DNA of 64,000 nt, from the NCBI GenBank assembly GCA_965262745.1, contig OZ253558.1:1090567-1154566 (forward strand), given 5' to 3'. The notes beneath the pieces were generated by a model that saw nothing but the letters and a program-made list of their open reading frames with translations, made no database searches and was not told where the DNA came from. This document shows positions 9,342-19,826 of this stretch, one piece after another. The first letter of the stretch is position 1. Every line of letters starts with the position of its first letter. Made by a program: the position numbers and the translations under genes. The DNA is from Chloroflexota bacterium. Lineage in GTDB: Bacteria; Chloroflexota; UBA11872.

Positions 9342-11012
9342 GAACGTATAGCTCGCCGCGCCGAGCGTGGGCGGCGGGCCGCAGCCCGGAGCGGTGGCGA
9401 CGTCGGGGAGCGCGGTGGCGCTGTGATGCAGGCGCAGCATCAGCTGGTCGTCGGCCTGCCAGGGCGCGGCGCAGGCCCGCCAGCGCCACGCCTGCCCGCC
9501 GGAGTCGGTGGCGGCCGTGGTGGCGTCGTCGAGGCGCAGCCGCAGGGTGACCGTGCCGTCCAGCGCGATGACGTCCAGGTAGTGGTTGGCCAGCGGCGCG
9601 GCCACGGAGAGCTCAAGCTGGAGCTGCTGGGCCTCCCAGATCAGCCGCTGGATGGTGGCGGCGGTGTCGCCGACGGTGAACGCCGCTGGCTGGAGCACGC
9701 CGCGGCTGCCGTCCGCACCCACGCCGGCCCCGATGGCCACCGGATCGAAGAACGCCTCATGCACCGTTCGCGCCGGCGCCGTGACCTGGATCGTGAAGGC
9801 AATGTAGGCGTCGTCCGGCATGAAGTTGCACGGAATATCTTTGTAGTGCTGCGTGTGGTAGTGCACGCGATAGGTGCCGGCGGGCAGCGGACGGGCGGTG
9901 GCCAGCGCGTGGTCGTAGCCAGTGCTGGACTGGTCGTCGTCGTCGATGATCCGGGCCTGGAAGCGCTCGTGGTCCGGGCCGCTGAGCCAATACTGGTTGT
10001 ACTGTGGGTCCGATCGTTCGATCGTCTGCGTGTAAACGTTGGTCACCGTCGCCGTCCCCGAGGCCAGCGGAATGTCGAAGGGGATTGGGGTCAGCGGATC
10101 GGCGCGATTGATCCGTTCCAACAGAATCCTGCCGCGGACACAGTCTTCGTAGCCAGGGACGCCTTCCCCAGCCCGCAGCTCGGCAGCCAGCGCCGCGATC
10201 TTGGCCCGCAGGTCCGTCATGGACACCACCGGCGGCGGCGGCGACTCCGCCCCGTCGGTGATGAACACCGTGCCGGCGCCGTCCGCCGCCCGCGTCTGGC
10301 CCGTCGCCCCGCCCGCGTCCCGCGCCGGCAGCCACGCCCGGCTCAGCGTGTCCACGCTGTAGTCCCACTGTTGCTCCCGGTAGAAGTTGGATCGCGTGAA
10401 TTGCAGCGCGGGCGCAGTCGCGCGCCCCGCCGCCCCGCCGCTCGCCGCGGCGGAGGTATAGGGCTCGAGCGGCGTTTGCAGGAAGAGCACCCCTTGCCGG
10501 TCGTCCCAGGCGGTGACGCGCTGCGCCACCGCATAGACCGCGTCCGCGCGCGCCTCGGCCTCGGTCAGGAAGGTATGGGTGCCGCGCACCACCACCACCA
10601 GCGCCGCCGGCCCCGTCCCCTTGAGGTATTCGTGCACCGTGAAGCGCAGCTCCTGCACCGGGCGATAGGTGGGCGCGACGCCGGGAGTGCTGGGCACCGT
10701 CTCAACTGCCGCCGCCGCCGCCTGCAGCGAGGCCCGCACGATCACCGGCGAGGTGAAGACCTGCTCCTCCAGCGACGGCGCGACCTGCCAGGTGATGTCC
10801 GGATAGTCCTGCACGATCGGGGTCGGCGTCGGCCGCAGGAGCGCCGGCGTGGGCGCGGGCATTGCCGGCGCGGGGTCGGGTGCCGCCATATCTGTGGCCG
10901 GGGCGGTCGCGGGAGCGCCCGCCGGTCCGCAGGCGGCGGCCAAGGCGAGCAGCAGACCGAGCGTCAGGCACCGCCAGGCGCGCCGTGGCAGCATGCGGGG
11001 CCAAGGCGGCAT
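9288..11012 (-). CDS. Secreted lipoprotein of unknown function with a Pro/Ala/Thr-rich linker
   Basis: There is a signal peptide and lipobox (MLPRRAWRCLTLGLLLALAAACG). The ORF is callable from 11132 but the likely start is near 11012. Its last 15 aa (ANEPLYDLDGRRMKA) are encoded by repeat copy A and mirror the C-terminus of the downstream DMGDH gene. Confidence 0.5.
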   Translation of the reverse strand: MPPWPRMLPRRAWRCLTLGLLLALAAACGPAGAPATAPATDMAAPDPAPAMPAPTPALLRPTPTPIVQDYPDITWQVAPSLEEQVFTSPVIVRASLQAAAAAVETVPSTPGVAPTYRPVQELRFTVHEYLKGTGPAALVVVVRGTHTFLTEAEARADAVYAVAQRVTAWDDRQGVLFLQTPLEPYTSAAASGGAAGRATAPALQFTRSNFYREQQWDYSVDTLSRAWLPARDAGGATGQTRAADGAGTVFITDGAESPPPPVVSMTDLRAKIAALAAELRAGEGVPGYEDCVRGRILLERINRADPLTPIPFDIPLASGTATVTNVYTQTIERSDPQYNQYWLSGPDHERFQARIIDDDDQSSTGYDHALATARPLPAGTYRVHYHTQHYKDIPCNFMPDDAYIAFTIQVTAPARTVHEAFFDPVAIGAGVGADGSRGVLQPAAFTVGDTAATIQRLIWEAQQLQLELSVAAPLANHYLDVIALDGTVTLRLRLDDATTAATDSGGQAWRWRACAAPWQADDQLMLRLHHSATALPDVATAPGCGPPPTLGAASYTFTVANEPLYDLDGRRMKA

Positions 11013-11104
11013 CGTGGTCCTCCTAAGGCGTGGGCGTGGGGTGGTGCGCCTGGGTCGCCCGCGCGCCTTACGTGTCATTGTCGGAAAGACCGCAGCGGAT
11101 CTCC

Positions 11105-11240
11105 GGAACCGCGAAGGCTTCTCGCAGCACATTCATCGCCTGTGAGGGCTATGCAAACGTCCCCAATTCGGAGGGACCCCTGCGGCTCACACCTTCATCC
11201 GCCTGCCGTCCGGATCGTATAGCGGTTCATTCGCCACCGT
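11105..11240. repeat. Copy B of the approximately 137-bp direct repeat, covering the DMGDH 3' end and downstream spacer
   Basis: See copy A. Confidence 0.85.
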
Positions 11241-13655
11241 CGCTTGCAGGCGCTCGCCAAAGTAAAGGACGTCGACGGTTGTTCCTGCCGCGGCATGGTC
11301 GACGGGCAGATAGCCATACACGATGCCGCGGCTGATGGAGTGGCCGTAGTTGGCGCTGGTCGCGTAGCCCAGCACGCGGTCGCCGTCCAGGATGGGCTCC
11401 TTGCCCACGACCACGCAGCTGGAGTCGTCGAGCGTCATGCAGCACAGACGGCGCGTCAGTCCCTGCGCCCGCAATTTGCCGAGCGCCTCCCTGCCGACAA
11501 ACTCGCCTTTTCTCATCCGCACCGCGAATCCCAGGCCCGCCTCGAATGGGTTGTACTCGGTGTGGATGTCGTTTCCCCAGAGCCGGTAGCCCTTTTCCAA
11601 CCGCAGCGAGTCGAACGCGCCGCCGCCCGCGGCGATCAGGCCGAGCGGCTGGCCCGCCTCCCAGAGTGCGTCCCACAGCCGCAACCCCTGCTCGGCGGGA
11701 GCGTAGATCTCCCACCCAAGCTCGCCCACATATGAGATGCGCAGCGCCAGCGCGGGAACCCCGCCAACGGTGATCGCCTTCGCGGTCATGTAAGGGAATG
11801 CGGCGTCGCTCACGTCGTCCTCGCAGACGCGGCTGAGCACTTCTCGTGCCTTCGGTCCCCACAGACCGAGGCAGCATTGCCCCGACGAGACATCGGCCAC
11901 GCTCACCGAGCGGTCATCCGGCAGATGCGACCGGATCCAGTCCAGATCGTGCGGTCCCGTAGCTCCGGAGGTGACCACCAGGAAGCGCTCGCTGCCGAGC
12001 CGCGTAACCGTCAGGTCGCACTTGATTCCCCCGCTCGGCGTGAGCATCGGCGTGTAGGTGATCGACCCGACGGGCCTGTCCATCTGGTTGGACGCGAGTC
12101 GTTGCAGTGCCTCAAGCGCGCCGCGCCCGGTCACCTCGAACTTTGCGAATGGGCTGAGGTCGAACAGGGCCGCGCGCTCACGGGTGGCCACGTGCTCGGC
12201 CGCCACCGTCGGCGACCATTCACGCGCCGCCCAGCCGGCACGCGATTCGCCGGTGACGGGGAGTGAGTCGAGCAGGTCCCGGTTGGCGTCGTGCCACTGC
12301 GGCCGTTCCCAACCAGCGTTCTCGAAGAACACGGCGCCGAGTTCCCTTTGCCGCGCAAAGAAGGGCGTCAGCCGGATGTTCCGGGGATTGGTCGCCTGCT
12401 GCCGCGGGTGGATGATGTCGTACACCTCGCGGTATTGCTGCGCCGCCCGCGCCCGGACATAGGGACGGCTGAGCGCGTGGGGGTGGAAGCGCCTGATGTC
12501 GCACTCTCGAAGGTCGGTGGTCGGCTCGCCGTTCACGATCCACTCGGCGACCGCCTTGCCGACGCCTCCGGCGTGCGTGATCCACACGGCCTGCGCCGAC
12601 CAGAATCCGCGCACCTCGGGCGACTCGCCAAGCACAGGAAACCCGTCGGTGGTGAACGAGAACAGGCCGTTGAACTTCCGCGTCAAGCCCGCGCCCACGA
12701 GGCTGGGAAGCACCTCCCGCGCCGCCGCCATCCCACTCTCGAAGTGTTCCGGCGTGAACGACATCTCGGCCGGGGCGATGGGCGCCTCCCCGTGGTCGAG
12801 GATGTCATCCGCTTCCACAACCAGGGGTTCGTGGCGGTATGAGCCAATGCCGACGGCCTCACCCACCTGGCGGAAATACATGGACTTGTCCTGGTGGCGC
12901 ACGATCGGCAGGGAGATGTCCTCGGTGCTGCCGGTCAGGTCAGGCAGCGGCGTGGTAACCGCGTAGATGTGCTGCAGTGGCGACAGCGGTATGGGCACCC
13001 CGGCCTCGGCGCCGAGCCTCGGTGCCCAGATGCCGACGGCAGAGACCACCAGGTCTGTCGTGATGTCGCCCTGGGTGGTGTGCACCGCGGCAATGCGGCC
13101 GTCGGCGATTCCGAAGCCGGTGACCTTGACGTTGCCATGGAACGCCGCGCCGTTTCGCTCGGCCTCGCGCGCCATCGCCTCGGCCGGCCTGGTCGCGTTC
13201 GTCTGGATGTCTGAAGGGACATAGATCGCGCCCAGCACGCGCTCGGAAAGCAGCGGGAAGAGACTGCGCGCCTCGGCGGCGCTGAGCAGGTGGGCCTCTA
13301 CGCCCCAGCTCAGGCCGTAGCCGACCTTTCGTTTCAGGTCGGCGAGCCGCTCAGGAGTCCAAGCCACCTCCAGACTGCCGACGGTTTTGGCGCACGGAAC
13401 GCCGTCGAGCTCCAATTGCGACCACAGATCAACGGTGGTGCGCGCGAAGCTCGTCATGGTCTTGGAAGGGTTGACCTGGAAGACCAGTCCCGGCGCGTGA
13501 GACGTGGAACCGCCGGTTTCGAAGAGTGGGCCCTGATCGACGACAACGATGTCCCGCCACCCGAGCGTTGTCAGGTGGTAGGCCACGCTGCAACCGGCGA
13601 TCCCGGCGCCAACGACGACTGCTCTAGCGTGTCTCGGCATCATGCCGTCAGGCAC
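11187..13655 (-). CDS. Dimethylglycine/sarcosine dehydrogenase-family protein (FAD oxidoreductase N-domain plus GcvT-like C-domain)
   Basis: The 822-aa ORF has a Rossmann GxGxxG N-terminus (AVVVGAGIAGCSVAYHL) and a C-terminal aminomethyltransferase-like folate-binding domain. Confidence 0.8.
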   Translation of the reverse strand: MPDGMMPRHARAVVVGAGIAGCSVAYHLTTLGWRDIVVVDQGPLFETGGSTSHAPGLVFQVNPSKTMTSFARTTVDLWSQLELDGVPCAKTVGSLEVAWTPERLADLKRKVGYGLSWGVEAHLLSAAEARSLFPLLSERVLGAIYVPSDIQTNATRPAEAMAREAERNGAAFHGNVKVTGFGIADGRIAAVHTTQGDITTDLVVSAVGIWAPRLGAEAGVPIPLSPLQHIYAVTTPLPDLTGSTEDISLPIVRHQDKSMYFRQVGEAVGIGSYRHEPLVVEADDILDHGEAPIAPAEMSFTPEHFESGMAAAREVLPSLVGAGLTRKFNGLFSFTTDGFPVLGESPEVRGFWSAQAVWITHAGGVGKAVAEWIVNGEPTTDLRECDIRRFHPHALSRPYVRARAAQQYREVYDIIHPRQQATNPRNIRLTPFFARQRELGAVFFENAGWERPQWHDANRDLLDSLPVTGESRAGWAAREWSPTVAAEHVATRERAALFDLSPFAKFEVTGRGALEALQRLASNQMDRPVGSITYTPMLTPSGGIKCDLTVTRLGSERFLVVTSGATGPHDLDWIRSHLPDDRSVSVADVSSGQCCLGLWGPKAREVLSRVCEDDVSDAAFPYMTAKAITVGGVPALALRISYVGELGWEIYAPAEQGLRLWDALWEAGQPLGLIAAGGGAFDSLRLEKGYRLWGNDIHTEYNPFEAGLGFAVRMRKGEFVGREALGKLRAQGLTRRLCCMTLDDSSCVVVGKEPILDGDRVLGYATSANYGHSISRGIVYGYLPVDHAAAGTTVDVLYFGERLQATVANEPLYDPDGRRMKV

Positions 13656-13721
13656 CTCGTATGTCTCCTCGACAGGACGACGCCGCCAAGCGATTTGGAG
13701 CTACCGGCTGCCAGGCCTGCC

Positions 13722-14600
13722 TCAGTATTCATACCGCGCGGCAAACTCCGGCTGATGTTTGCTCAGCCACGCTCGCAGCGGGACGGTCTCGTCGGAGGTC
13801 TCCATGCGCCTACCGGAGCCTTCGATGGTGTCAAGCAGCTGTCGGCGAATCGGGTCCCCTAGGTTGCGCGCCTCGTGCCCGTGCGGTAGCACGTTGTCCG
13901 AGTGCAACCAGCGGTATGCATAAGCGTAGAACAAGACTTTCCGCGTCACTTGCGAGTAGTTTGGACTGCCGCTATGCCACAATCGGGCATCGAAGATCAC
14001 CGCGTCACCGGCACGCGAGAGAATGGGCTCGGCGCCGGGAACAAGACCGCCGGCCCCCGGCTTGACCTCGATGCTTCGTCGTCGGTGGCTTCCCGGAATC
14101 ACCCAGAAATTGCCCATGTCGCGTCTGGTGACATCCGTCAGAAAATAGCCGGCTTTCAGCGACAGTCGCGCTGGAATCTCGATCTCGGCCATGTCAAGAG
14201 ATCTGCGGCCGTTATCTTGATGCCACCCCCCGGGTCCCCGTGGACCGTCGCACGGCTCTGGCGGCGTGAGCATGAGATGCGTGTTTTGCAGGAAGATATT
14301 CCAGCCAAGAATCCCCCAAACCTTAGGAAAGGTCGTCGGGTGATCGATGAGGTTTACGAATGCCGGAGCGAGCCCCACCGCGTTCAAGTGCTGCACCCGG
14401 TTGGTGACGCCGGCATAGGTTTCGCCGGCCGCGAGTCGGCCGTCTCGATGCAGACGGTCGATCACATCGACCAGCCCTGCCGCGTGATCCTGGGTAAGCG
14501 CGCCCTCGACATGCAAATACCCGTTGCGCTCGAAGGCTTTCCCTTCCTCCGCGGTGAGCGCATGCCTCAGGCAGTCGGCGTCCAATGTTTGCCCCCCCAC
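13722..14600 (-). CDS. Phytanoyl-CoA dioxygenase (PhyH)-family Fe(II)/2-oxoglutarate oxygenase
   Basis: A HxD...H facial triad sits in a PhyH-like context (GGWHQDNG ... LWHSGSPN). Confidence 0.7.
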   Translation of the reverse strand: MGGQTLDADCLRHALTAEEGKAFERNGYLHVEGALTQDHAAGLVDVIDRLHRDGRLAAGETYAGVTNRVQHLNAVGLAPAFVNLIDHPTTFPKVWGILGWNIFLQNTHLMLTPPEPCDGPRGPGGWHQDNGRRSLDMAEIEIPARLSLKAGYFLTDVTRRDMGNFWVIPGSHRRRSIEVKPGAGGLVPGAEPILSRAGDAVIFDARLWHSGSPNYSQVTRKVLFYAYAYRWLHSDNVLPHGHEARNLGDPIRRQLLDTIEGSGRRMETSDETVPLRAWLSKHQPEFAARYEY

Positions 14601-14654
14601 GCACGCGCCTGCGACGCGAACCTAGCACACGGCGCAAGTGGCGGCAGCACTTAT

Positions 14655-15218
14655 CTAGACCGCGCTCTCGGGCATCCGCTCCCACTCCTCGCGCAGGACC
14701 CCGTAGTAGACAAAGTCCACATGTTCGTCCCGCATCTTGCGATGGCCCCGCAGCAAGCCCTCACGCGTCATGCCGACTTTTTCCATGACGCGCCACGACT
14801 GACGGTTCCTCACATCCGAGCGCGCGAAGACTTTGTGCAGGGCGTATCTCTCGAACCCCCAGTCGATGACGGCCCGAGCTGCCTCCGGCACAATTCCGCG
14901 ACCCCACGCCTGCCTAGCCAGTGCGTAGCCCATCTCAGCTATCTCGTGCCGCACATTAACATGCAAGCTTATGCTGCCGACAACCTGCCGCTCCCAGACT
15001 ATCGCGAACGTTGGTTCGGTCGACCAATCATCAAGAATCCTTCGTGCGACGTACTCCACCGCATCATCGTGCGTGTACGGATGGGGAATCGGCAGATATC
15101 GTCCGACCTCGGGGCCCGACGCGTAGGCCAGCACGTCGTCGACATCACCGAATTCGAACGGCTGCAGCAAGAGCCGCTCCGTCTTCAACTCGACGCGCTC
15201 GTTCGGATCGTGGCTCAT
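14655..15218 (-). CDS. GNAT-family N-acetyltransferase (RimJ/RimL-like)
   Basis: The GNAT core is present (ERLLLQPFEFGD ... GYALARQAWGRG). The ORF extends to 15491 but the first plausible start is MSHDPNE at 15218, just below the upstream gene stop at 15233. Confidence 0.65.
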   Translation of the reverse strand: MSHDPNERVELKTERLLLQPFEFGDVDDVLAYASGPEVGRYLPIPHPYTHDDAVEYVARRILDDWSTEPTFAIVWERQVVGSISLHVNVRHEIAEMGYALARQAWGRGIVPEAARAVIDWGFERYALHKVFARSDVRNRQSWRVMEKVGMTREGLLRGHRKMRDEHVDFVYYGVLREEWERMPESAV

Positions 15219-15232
15219 CGCTTCATCGCTAG

Positions 15233-16210
15233 TTAGTCCTCCGACAGCCCGGCGAACCTTGCCGCGTTCGCGCCGAGGATCAGCCGCTTTTCCTCGTCCG
15301 AGAGGAAGTTCGCATGCGTCGTGACCATCGTGAGGTTCTGCTTGTACGTGCAGCGGCCCTCGGTCCATGGCCAGTCCGTGCCCCACATCACACGCTCCGC
15401 GCCGGCGCCCTTGACCAGCCCCTCCAGTAGCGCGAGTCCGTTGGCGTACGGGTACTCCCATTCCGGGCCTTTCAGCCGGCCGTTCGTCCACGCGATCTCA
15501 TCCCCAAAGAAGATCGTGATGGCGGCGATGTCGGTGTAGAGGTTCTCGTGCCTGTTGAGCAGCCCCACGAAGGGCTCCAACGACGGAAACGGCGGGCGGC
15601 AGTTCGCCAGCCATTGGTCGCCCCAGGTGAAGCACCCCCAATGGGTCAGCAGGAACCGCACCGACGGGAAGTCGCGCGCGACCGGTTCGAATAGGTTGAG
15701 GAACTCCTGATAGTCCGAAACGCAGGCACGCAAGCGAGGATCGTTCCAGCGTTCCCAGGCCATGACGATCGGCACGTCGCGCTCCGCACACAGCTCGTAG
15801 ACCTTGCGCAGGCCGGGGTCGGACGGCCAGTGGCCGGTATAGGCCGGGAACAGCTTGAGCCCCACCGCCCCCGCGTCGAGATCCGCCCGGATCCGGTCGA
15901 GGTAGCCCGGTCGATCGGGGTTGATGTGATCGGTGAACCAGATGAAGCGATCGTGGTCGGCCGCCTTCAGCGCGTCGAGGAAATACTCCTTGGTGATCCG
16001 GTTGATGGCCGGATCGTCCCAGGTGTCGCCGAGGTCCGGCCAGATGTCCTCGGCCGTGTAGCTGATCAGAAAGCACTTGTCCACGCCGGCATAGTTCATC
16101 TCGTCGAGCAGCAGCTCGGCCGACATCGGGTGCCAGGTGTAGTGCATCCGGATACTGCGCTCAACGCCGTGCGCCTTCTCCAAGATGTGGACTTGGGTGT
16201 CGATGATCAT
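15233..16210 (-). CDS. Amidohydrolase-2 family metal-dependent hydrolase (TIM barrel)
   Basis: The protein starts with the metal-ligand motif IDTQVHI and has an HxH-like pattern. Its 325-aa length fits the PF04909-like family. Confidence 0.65.
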   Translation of the reverse strand: MIIDTQVHILEKAHGVERSIRMHYTWHPMSAELLLDEMNYAGVDKCFLISYTAEDIWPDLGDTWDDPAINRITKEYFLDALKAADHDRFIWFTDHINPDRPGYLDRIRADLDAGAVGLKLFPAYTGHWPSDPGLRKVYELCAERDVPIVMAWERWNDPRLRACVSDYQEFLNLFEPVARDFPSVRFLLTHWGCFTWGDQWLANCRPPFPSLEPFVGLLNRHENLYTDIAAITIFFGDEIAWTNGRLKGPEWEYPYANGLALLEGLVKGAGAERVMWGTDWPWTEGRCTYKQNLTMVTTHANFLSDEEKRLILGANAARFAGLSED

Positions 16211-16437
16211 TCGTGCCTCGTTTCTCGGGCATGCGGCCGACGCGTCTTGGTCGCAAAGTCCGCAGCTGTGACCGCAGCGTACTCAGATCGCCCGTGCCTG
16301 GCCCTCAGAGTGCGGGAAGCGGGTCACCCTGACGCAGGCCGGAGCCTCACCTAGCCACCACGGCCCGCGAGCCGCAGGCGAGGAATCTAAGGGGCAGGCC
16401 ATCAGGCTCAGCGCCTGTCGCCTGCTCACTCCTTTCG

Positions 16438-17547
16438 GTGGTCCAGAGCTATGCTGATCCGCATATGGGCGCCGGCTCGGTGCCCGAGGACCCGGCCTAC
16501 CGAACCTCCGCATTGCCCGACCACCGCATCGTTCTCACCTACGACCCTGACGGGACGCTCGTCGACCGCGTCCGCGCCGCACTGCCGCACCGTTCGCTCG
16601 AGATCGTCCGGGCGCTGTCGGCGGACGCCGTGCCCGGCGCGATGCCCGGCACGACGATCTTCTTTGGCAACTACCTCGCCCCGTCGGCGCTGCGACAGGC
16701 GGGCGCGCTGCGCTGGATTCAGACGGTGGGCGCCGGCGTCGACGTGCTGCTGTCCGTCGATCTCGCGGCCACCGACATCGTCGTCACGAATACCAGCGGC
16801 GCCTTCGGCGCCCAGATAGCCGAGCACGCGCTATCGCTCATGTTCGCCCTGGCCCGTCGCCTGCCTGGCGCGCTGCGGTCGCAGGCGGCCCGGCACTACG
16901 CCCCCGAACCCCGCGATGAACTGTTCGAGCTGGCCGGCAAGACTATTGGCATCGTGGGCTTCGGCGACGTCGGCCAGGCGCTGGCGCGGCGCGCGCGTGG
17001 GATTGGCATGCGGGTAATCGCCATGCGGCGACGGCCACGCGGCTCACCTGTAGCCCACCCGTTGATACCGAATCTGCCGCTCGACCCGCTCGCCGGCTCG
17101 GACCCCGACGATCCGTCGGCACTCGCGGACGAGATCGTTGGACCCGACCGCCTGGACGACTTGCTGCGCGACTCCGACGTGGTGGTGAACGCCGCGCCGT
17201 TGACGCCCGCAACGGTGCGCCTCTTCGTCCGGGAACATTTCGCGCGCATGCGGCCGACCGCGTGCTTCATCAACGTGGGCCGCGGTGAGACGGTGGATCA
17301 GGACGCCCTCATCGACGCGCTCCGCGACGGTGTCATCGCCGGCGCCAGCCTGGATGTCACCACCCCCGAGCCGCTGCCGCCCGATTCACCCCTGTGGGCG
17401 CTGCCCAACGTGATTCTCACCGCCCACTACGCCGGCTGGTCCAACACCATGCTCGACCGCATCTACGCGATCTTCACGGACAACCTAGGCCGCTTCGATC
17501 GCGGCGATCCCCTCCGCAACCAAGTGGATGTGCGCGCCGGCTATTGA
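16438..17547 (+). CDS. D-isomer-specific 2-hydroxyacid dehydrogenase-family NAD-binding oxidoreductase
   Basis: It has the NAD-binding motif GKTIGIVGFGDVGQA and the catalytic region FINVGRGETVD...LDVTTPEPLP...LTAHYAGWS. Confidence 0.8.
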   Translation: MVQSYADPHMGAGSVPEDPAYRTSALPDHRIVLTYDPDGTLVDRVRAALPHRSLEIVRALSADAVPGAMPGTTIFFGNYLAPSALRQAGALRWIQTVGAGVDVLLSVDLAATDIVVTNTSGAFGAQIAEHALSLMFALARRLPGALRSQAARHYAPEPRDELFELAGKTIGIVGFGDVGQALARRARGIGMRVIAMRRRPRGSPVAHPLIPNLPLDPLAGSDPDDPSALADEIVGPDRLDDLLRDSDVVVNAAPLTPATVRLFVREHFARMRPTACFINVGRGETVDQDALIDALRDGVIAGASLDVTTPEPLPPDSPLWALPNVILTAHYAGWSNTMLDRIYAIFTDNLGRFDRGDPLRNQVDVRAGY

Positions 17548-17645
17548 TCAGCTCCGCGCTGGCCAGAACGGATCACCAACCTTTTCTGCGATTTGCGCGT
17601 CGGGTTCGGCAATCCGGATCCGATTCGCGACAAGCCTCAACCTGA

Positions 17646-18068
17646 TCAGTCCTCATCCGCCGTAAGGTCCCTATGTGATATCGGTGGCGTTCCGGGAACG
17701 CAGCTCCACGGTTCCCGGTGAACCTCGCTGCCATCGGCTCGGGTGATATGCCAGCTCGCGCTTTCGGGCTCAATGTCTCTGCAATGCTCAATCTTCGCCG
17801 TCCGAATGCACTTGCCGTCGAGGACATAGCTGGTCGCAGACGCGACCCTATGCATAGTTCCATCTCCCGAAATGCGATCTATGGCGAACATCCCCATCTG
17901 GATGTGTCTGTCCAGTTCGTCATCGAACGGCCGGCCATGTACTGCCTCCGCCTCGGCTACGTCGAACAACAAAACCTGTTCCACAGTGTGACCCTCGACG
18001 ATGACATCGATCCATCGCACAGTTACGCCCCGAATCTGCCCGGTTCGCTCAGTGACCTCGGCGGTCAT
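17646..18068 (-). CDS. Hypothetical protein (140 aa), last gene of the 3-gene cassette
   Basis: The ORF overlaps the upstream ADP-ribosylglycohydrolase gene by 4 nt, which suggests translational coupling. I recognise no family for it. Confidence 0.4.
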   Translation of the reverse strand: MTAEVTERTGQIRGVTVRWIDVIVEGHTVEQVLLFDVAEAEAVHGRPFDDELDRHIQMGMFAIDRISGDGTMHRVASATSYVLDGKCIRTAKIEHCRDIEPESASWHITRADGSEVHREPWSCVPGTPPISHRDLTADED

Positions 18069-19132
18069 GACGAGTGGCGCTGGTGCAGCACAGCGGGCAA
18101 GGACTGCCGCGCGTGGTCATAGAGGCTGTCGGCCATTGACGTGATCTCCGTCGCCATCGTGAGCAAGTTTCGCCATTGCACCGGAATTGCTTCGGCTCCA
18201 TAAGTGGCGCCGGCGATCTGCCCGTAGATTGCAGCGGTGGTGTCGGCGTCGTCTCCGAGGTTTGCAGCCAGAAGAGCCCCCTCACGAAAGTCCTCGGACT
18301 TGTGAAAGGCCCAGAGAGCCGCCTCCATCGATTCCACAACGTAGCCCGTTCCTCTGATTGCTGGCGGTTCTCGATGCTTGAACGACCCGTCGGCGACGTC
18401 GGCAATCTTTTCCGCCAAGGGGCTTCTTTCCCAATGACCTTCCGCCGGGCAATAGCGTGCGGACAGGAGCGTCTTTTTGTCGACGCCACGCAACGCCCCG
18501 ACTAGCAGGCCGGAGAAGTAGCGGCAACCGTCAACTGCTTCTTCGGCCCCATGGGTGGTTCGCGAGCTATCAGCGCTTCTTCTGATTGCTTGGGAAACAT
18601 CGCCTGCAAAGTACATCGGCACCGGAGCCAGCCGCATGAGTGACCCATTACCGGCGGAATAAGGGTCGGAAGAGCCCGCAAAGGGTTCGTCGGACTCCAT
18701 GAAGCGTGACAACGCACGTGCGACGGTGTTCCCGATGTCGAAGCATGTGCCAGTGGACGAGAGATAGCCCTCATCACGCCAACGCACATAGCGTCGCATC
18801 TGGTCCATCGGGTCAAACTCGCCCCGCTCGATCAAGCTCGCGGCGAGGCACAGGGCCATGGATGTGTCGTCAGTCCACTGGCCGGGTTCTAAGTTAAACG
18901 GTCCGCCACCGATCATGTCGTCGATTGCCTGGAAAGTTCCGGGCCGATTGAACTCCAGCGTGGTGCCGAGCGCGTCACCCGCCGCTAGACCTAGCAGGCT
19001 TCCGCGAAAACGGTCCCGTGTCGCTGGCTCAGTCAAGGTCAATGATGAGGCGGCAATGGTCGCTCGGGCCCCAGTCGTCAGGACTGTTGAGGGCGTGCAC
19101 CGACACGCGGTCGGCGATGTTCTCCGTGGCAA
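18065..19132 (-). CDS. ADP-ribosylglycohydrolase (ARH/DraG-family)
   Basis: The ARH N-terminal motif is [22 protein letters not shown], and the family sequence continues in the rest of the ORF. The real start is probably downstream of 19132. Confidence 0.75.
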   Translation of the reverse strand: MPRRTSPTACRCTPSTVLTTGARATIAASSLTLTEPATRDRFRGSLLGLAAGDALGTTLEFNRPGTFQAIDDMIGGGPFNLEPGQWTDDTSMALCLAASLIERGEFDPMDQMRRYVRWRDEGYLSSTGTCFDIGNTVARALSRFMESDEPFAGSSDPYSAGNGSLMRLAPVPMYFAGDVSQAIRRSADSSRTTHGAEEAVDGCRYFSGLLVGALRGVDKKTLLSARYCPAEGHWERSPLAEKIADVADGSFKHREPPAIRGTGYVVESMEAALWAFHKSEDFREGALLAANLGDDADTTAAIYGQIAGATYGAEAIPVQWRNLLTMATEITSMADSLYDHARQSLPAVLHQRHSS

Positions 19133-19826
19133 AGACGTAGTCGGCTTGCGCCCAGGCCTGCGCGGGCGTCGCGCCGATGGATTGGAAAGTCACCACATCG
19201 CCGCGGTCGCTGCGGCGCCCCTCAGGCATGACCTCGCGAAAGCCCAGCGCCTGCATCCGGTCGAAGGCTGTCTGGAAATGCAGGGCCTCGCGTTCGTTCC
19301 AGATCGTTGTCGGATGGGCACTCCAGCCTGGGTAGATGACCCAATCGCCAGCGGCAATGACGCGGCTCTGGCGGCCGACCAAGCGCGCCAGATCAGAGAT
19401 CAGCCGGTGAACCGAGCCAATGCACTCTCGGCGACTCGGCGAGCCCGACTCGCGCGTAAAGGCGTTGTACGCGGGGGCCATGGAGACGACGATAAGCGAC
19501 TCGTCTCCGTCGATCGGGTTCACTATCGCGGCTCCGAGCGTGCCCCACTCGCTCGTGTAGAAGTCGTGGCTGAAGTGATCGCCCATCGGCAGAGTCGCGA
19601 TGAAGCTGACGGAGACCCGGTTGGAAAGCCTGGCCACGACTGAGGGATACCCCAGGGAGGCGTTGTGGTGGTCGGGCCAAAGCCTGTGGTCGACTTCGAC
19701 GTCGTGACGGAGCTCGTCGGGCAGGGGTGACGCCTCCTGCAGCAGCGCAATATCGACACCGGCCATCCGGAGCAGCTCGTTCCATGATTTGCGCGAGTGC
19801 GCCATGTTCCAGCAAACGATCTTCAT
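19029..19826 (-). CDS. Endonuclease/exonuclease/phosphatase (EEP)-family protein
   Basis: The EEP start block is [15 protein letters not shown]...DIALLQEA, and the C-terminus has DH motifs ([12 protein letters not shown]). Confidence 0.7.
   Translation of the reverse strand: MKIVCWNMAHSRKSWNELLRMAGVDIALLQEASPLPDELRHDVEVDHRLWPDHHNASLGYPSVVARLSNRVSVSFIATLPMGDHFSHDFYTSEWGTLGAAIVNPIDGDESLIVVSMAPAYNAFTRESGSPSRRECIGSVHRLISDLARLVGRQSRVIAAGDWVIYPGWSAHPTTIWNEREALHFQTAFDRMQALGFREVMPEGRRSDRGDVVTFQSIGATPAQAWAQADYVFATENIADRVSVHALNSPDDWGPSDHCRLIIDLD

Noticed and set aside
9423-11222. 599-aa plus-strand ORF antisense to the lipoprotein gene
   Set aside because: The translation is extreme low-complexity (R/G/V-rich), a shadow of the high-GC minus-strand gene. 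The minus-strand ORF has a lipoprotein signal peptide.
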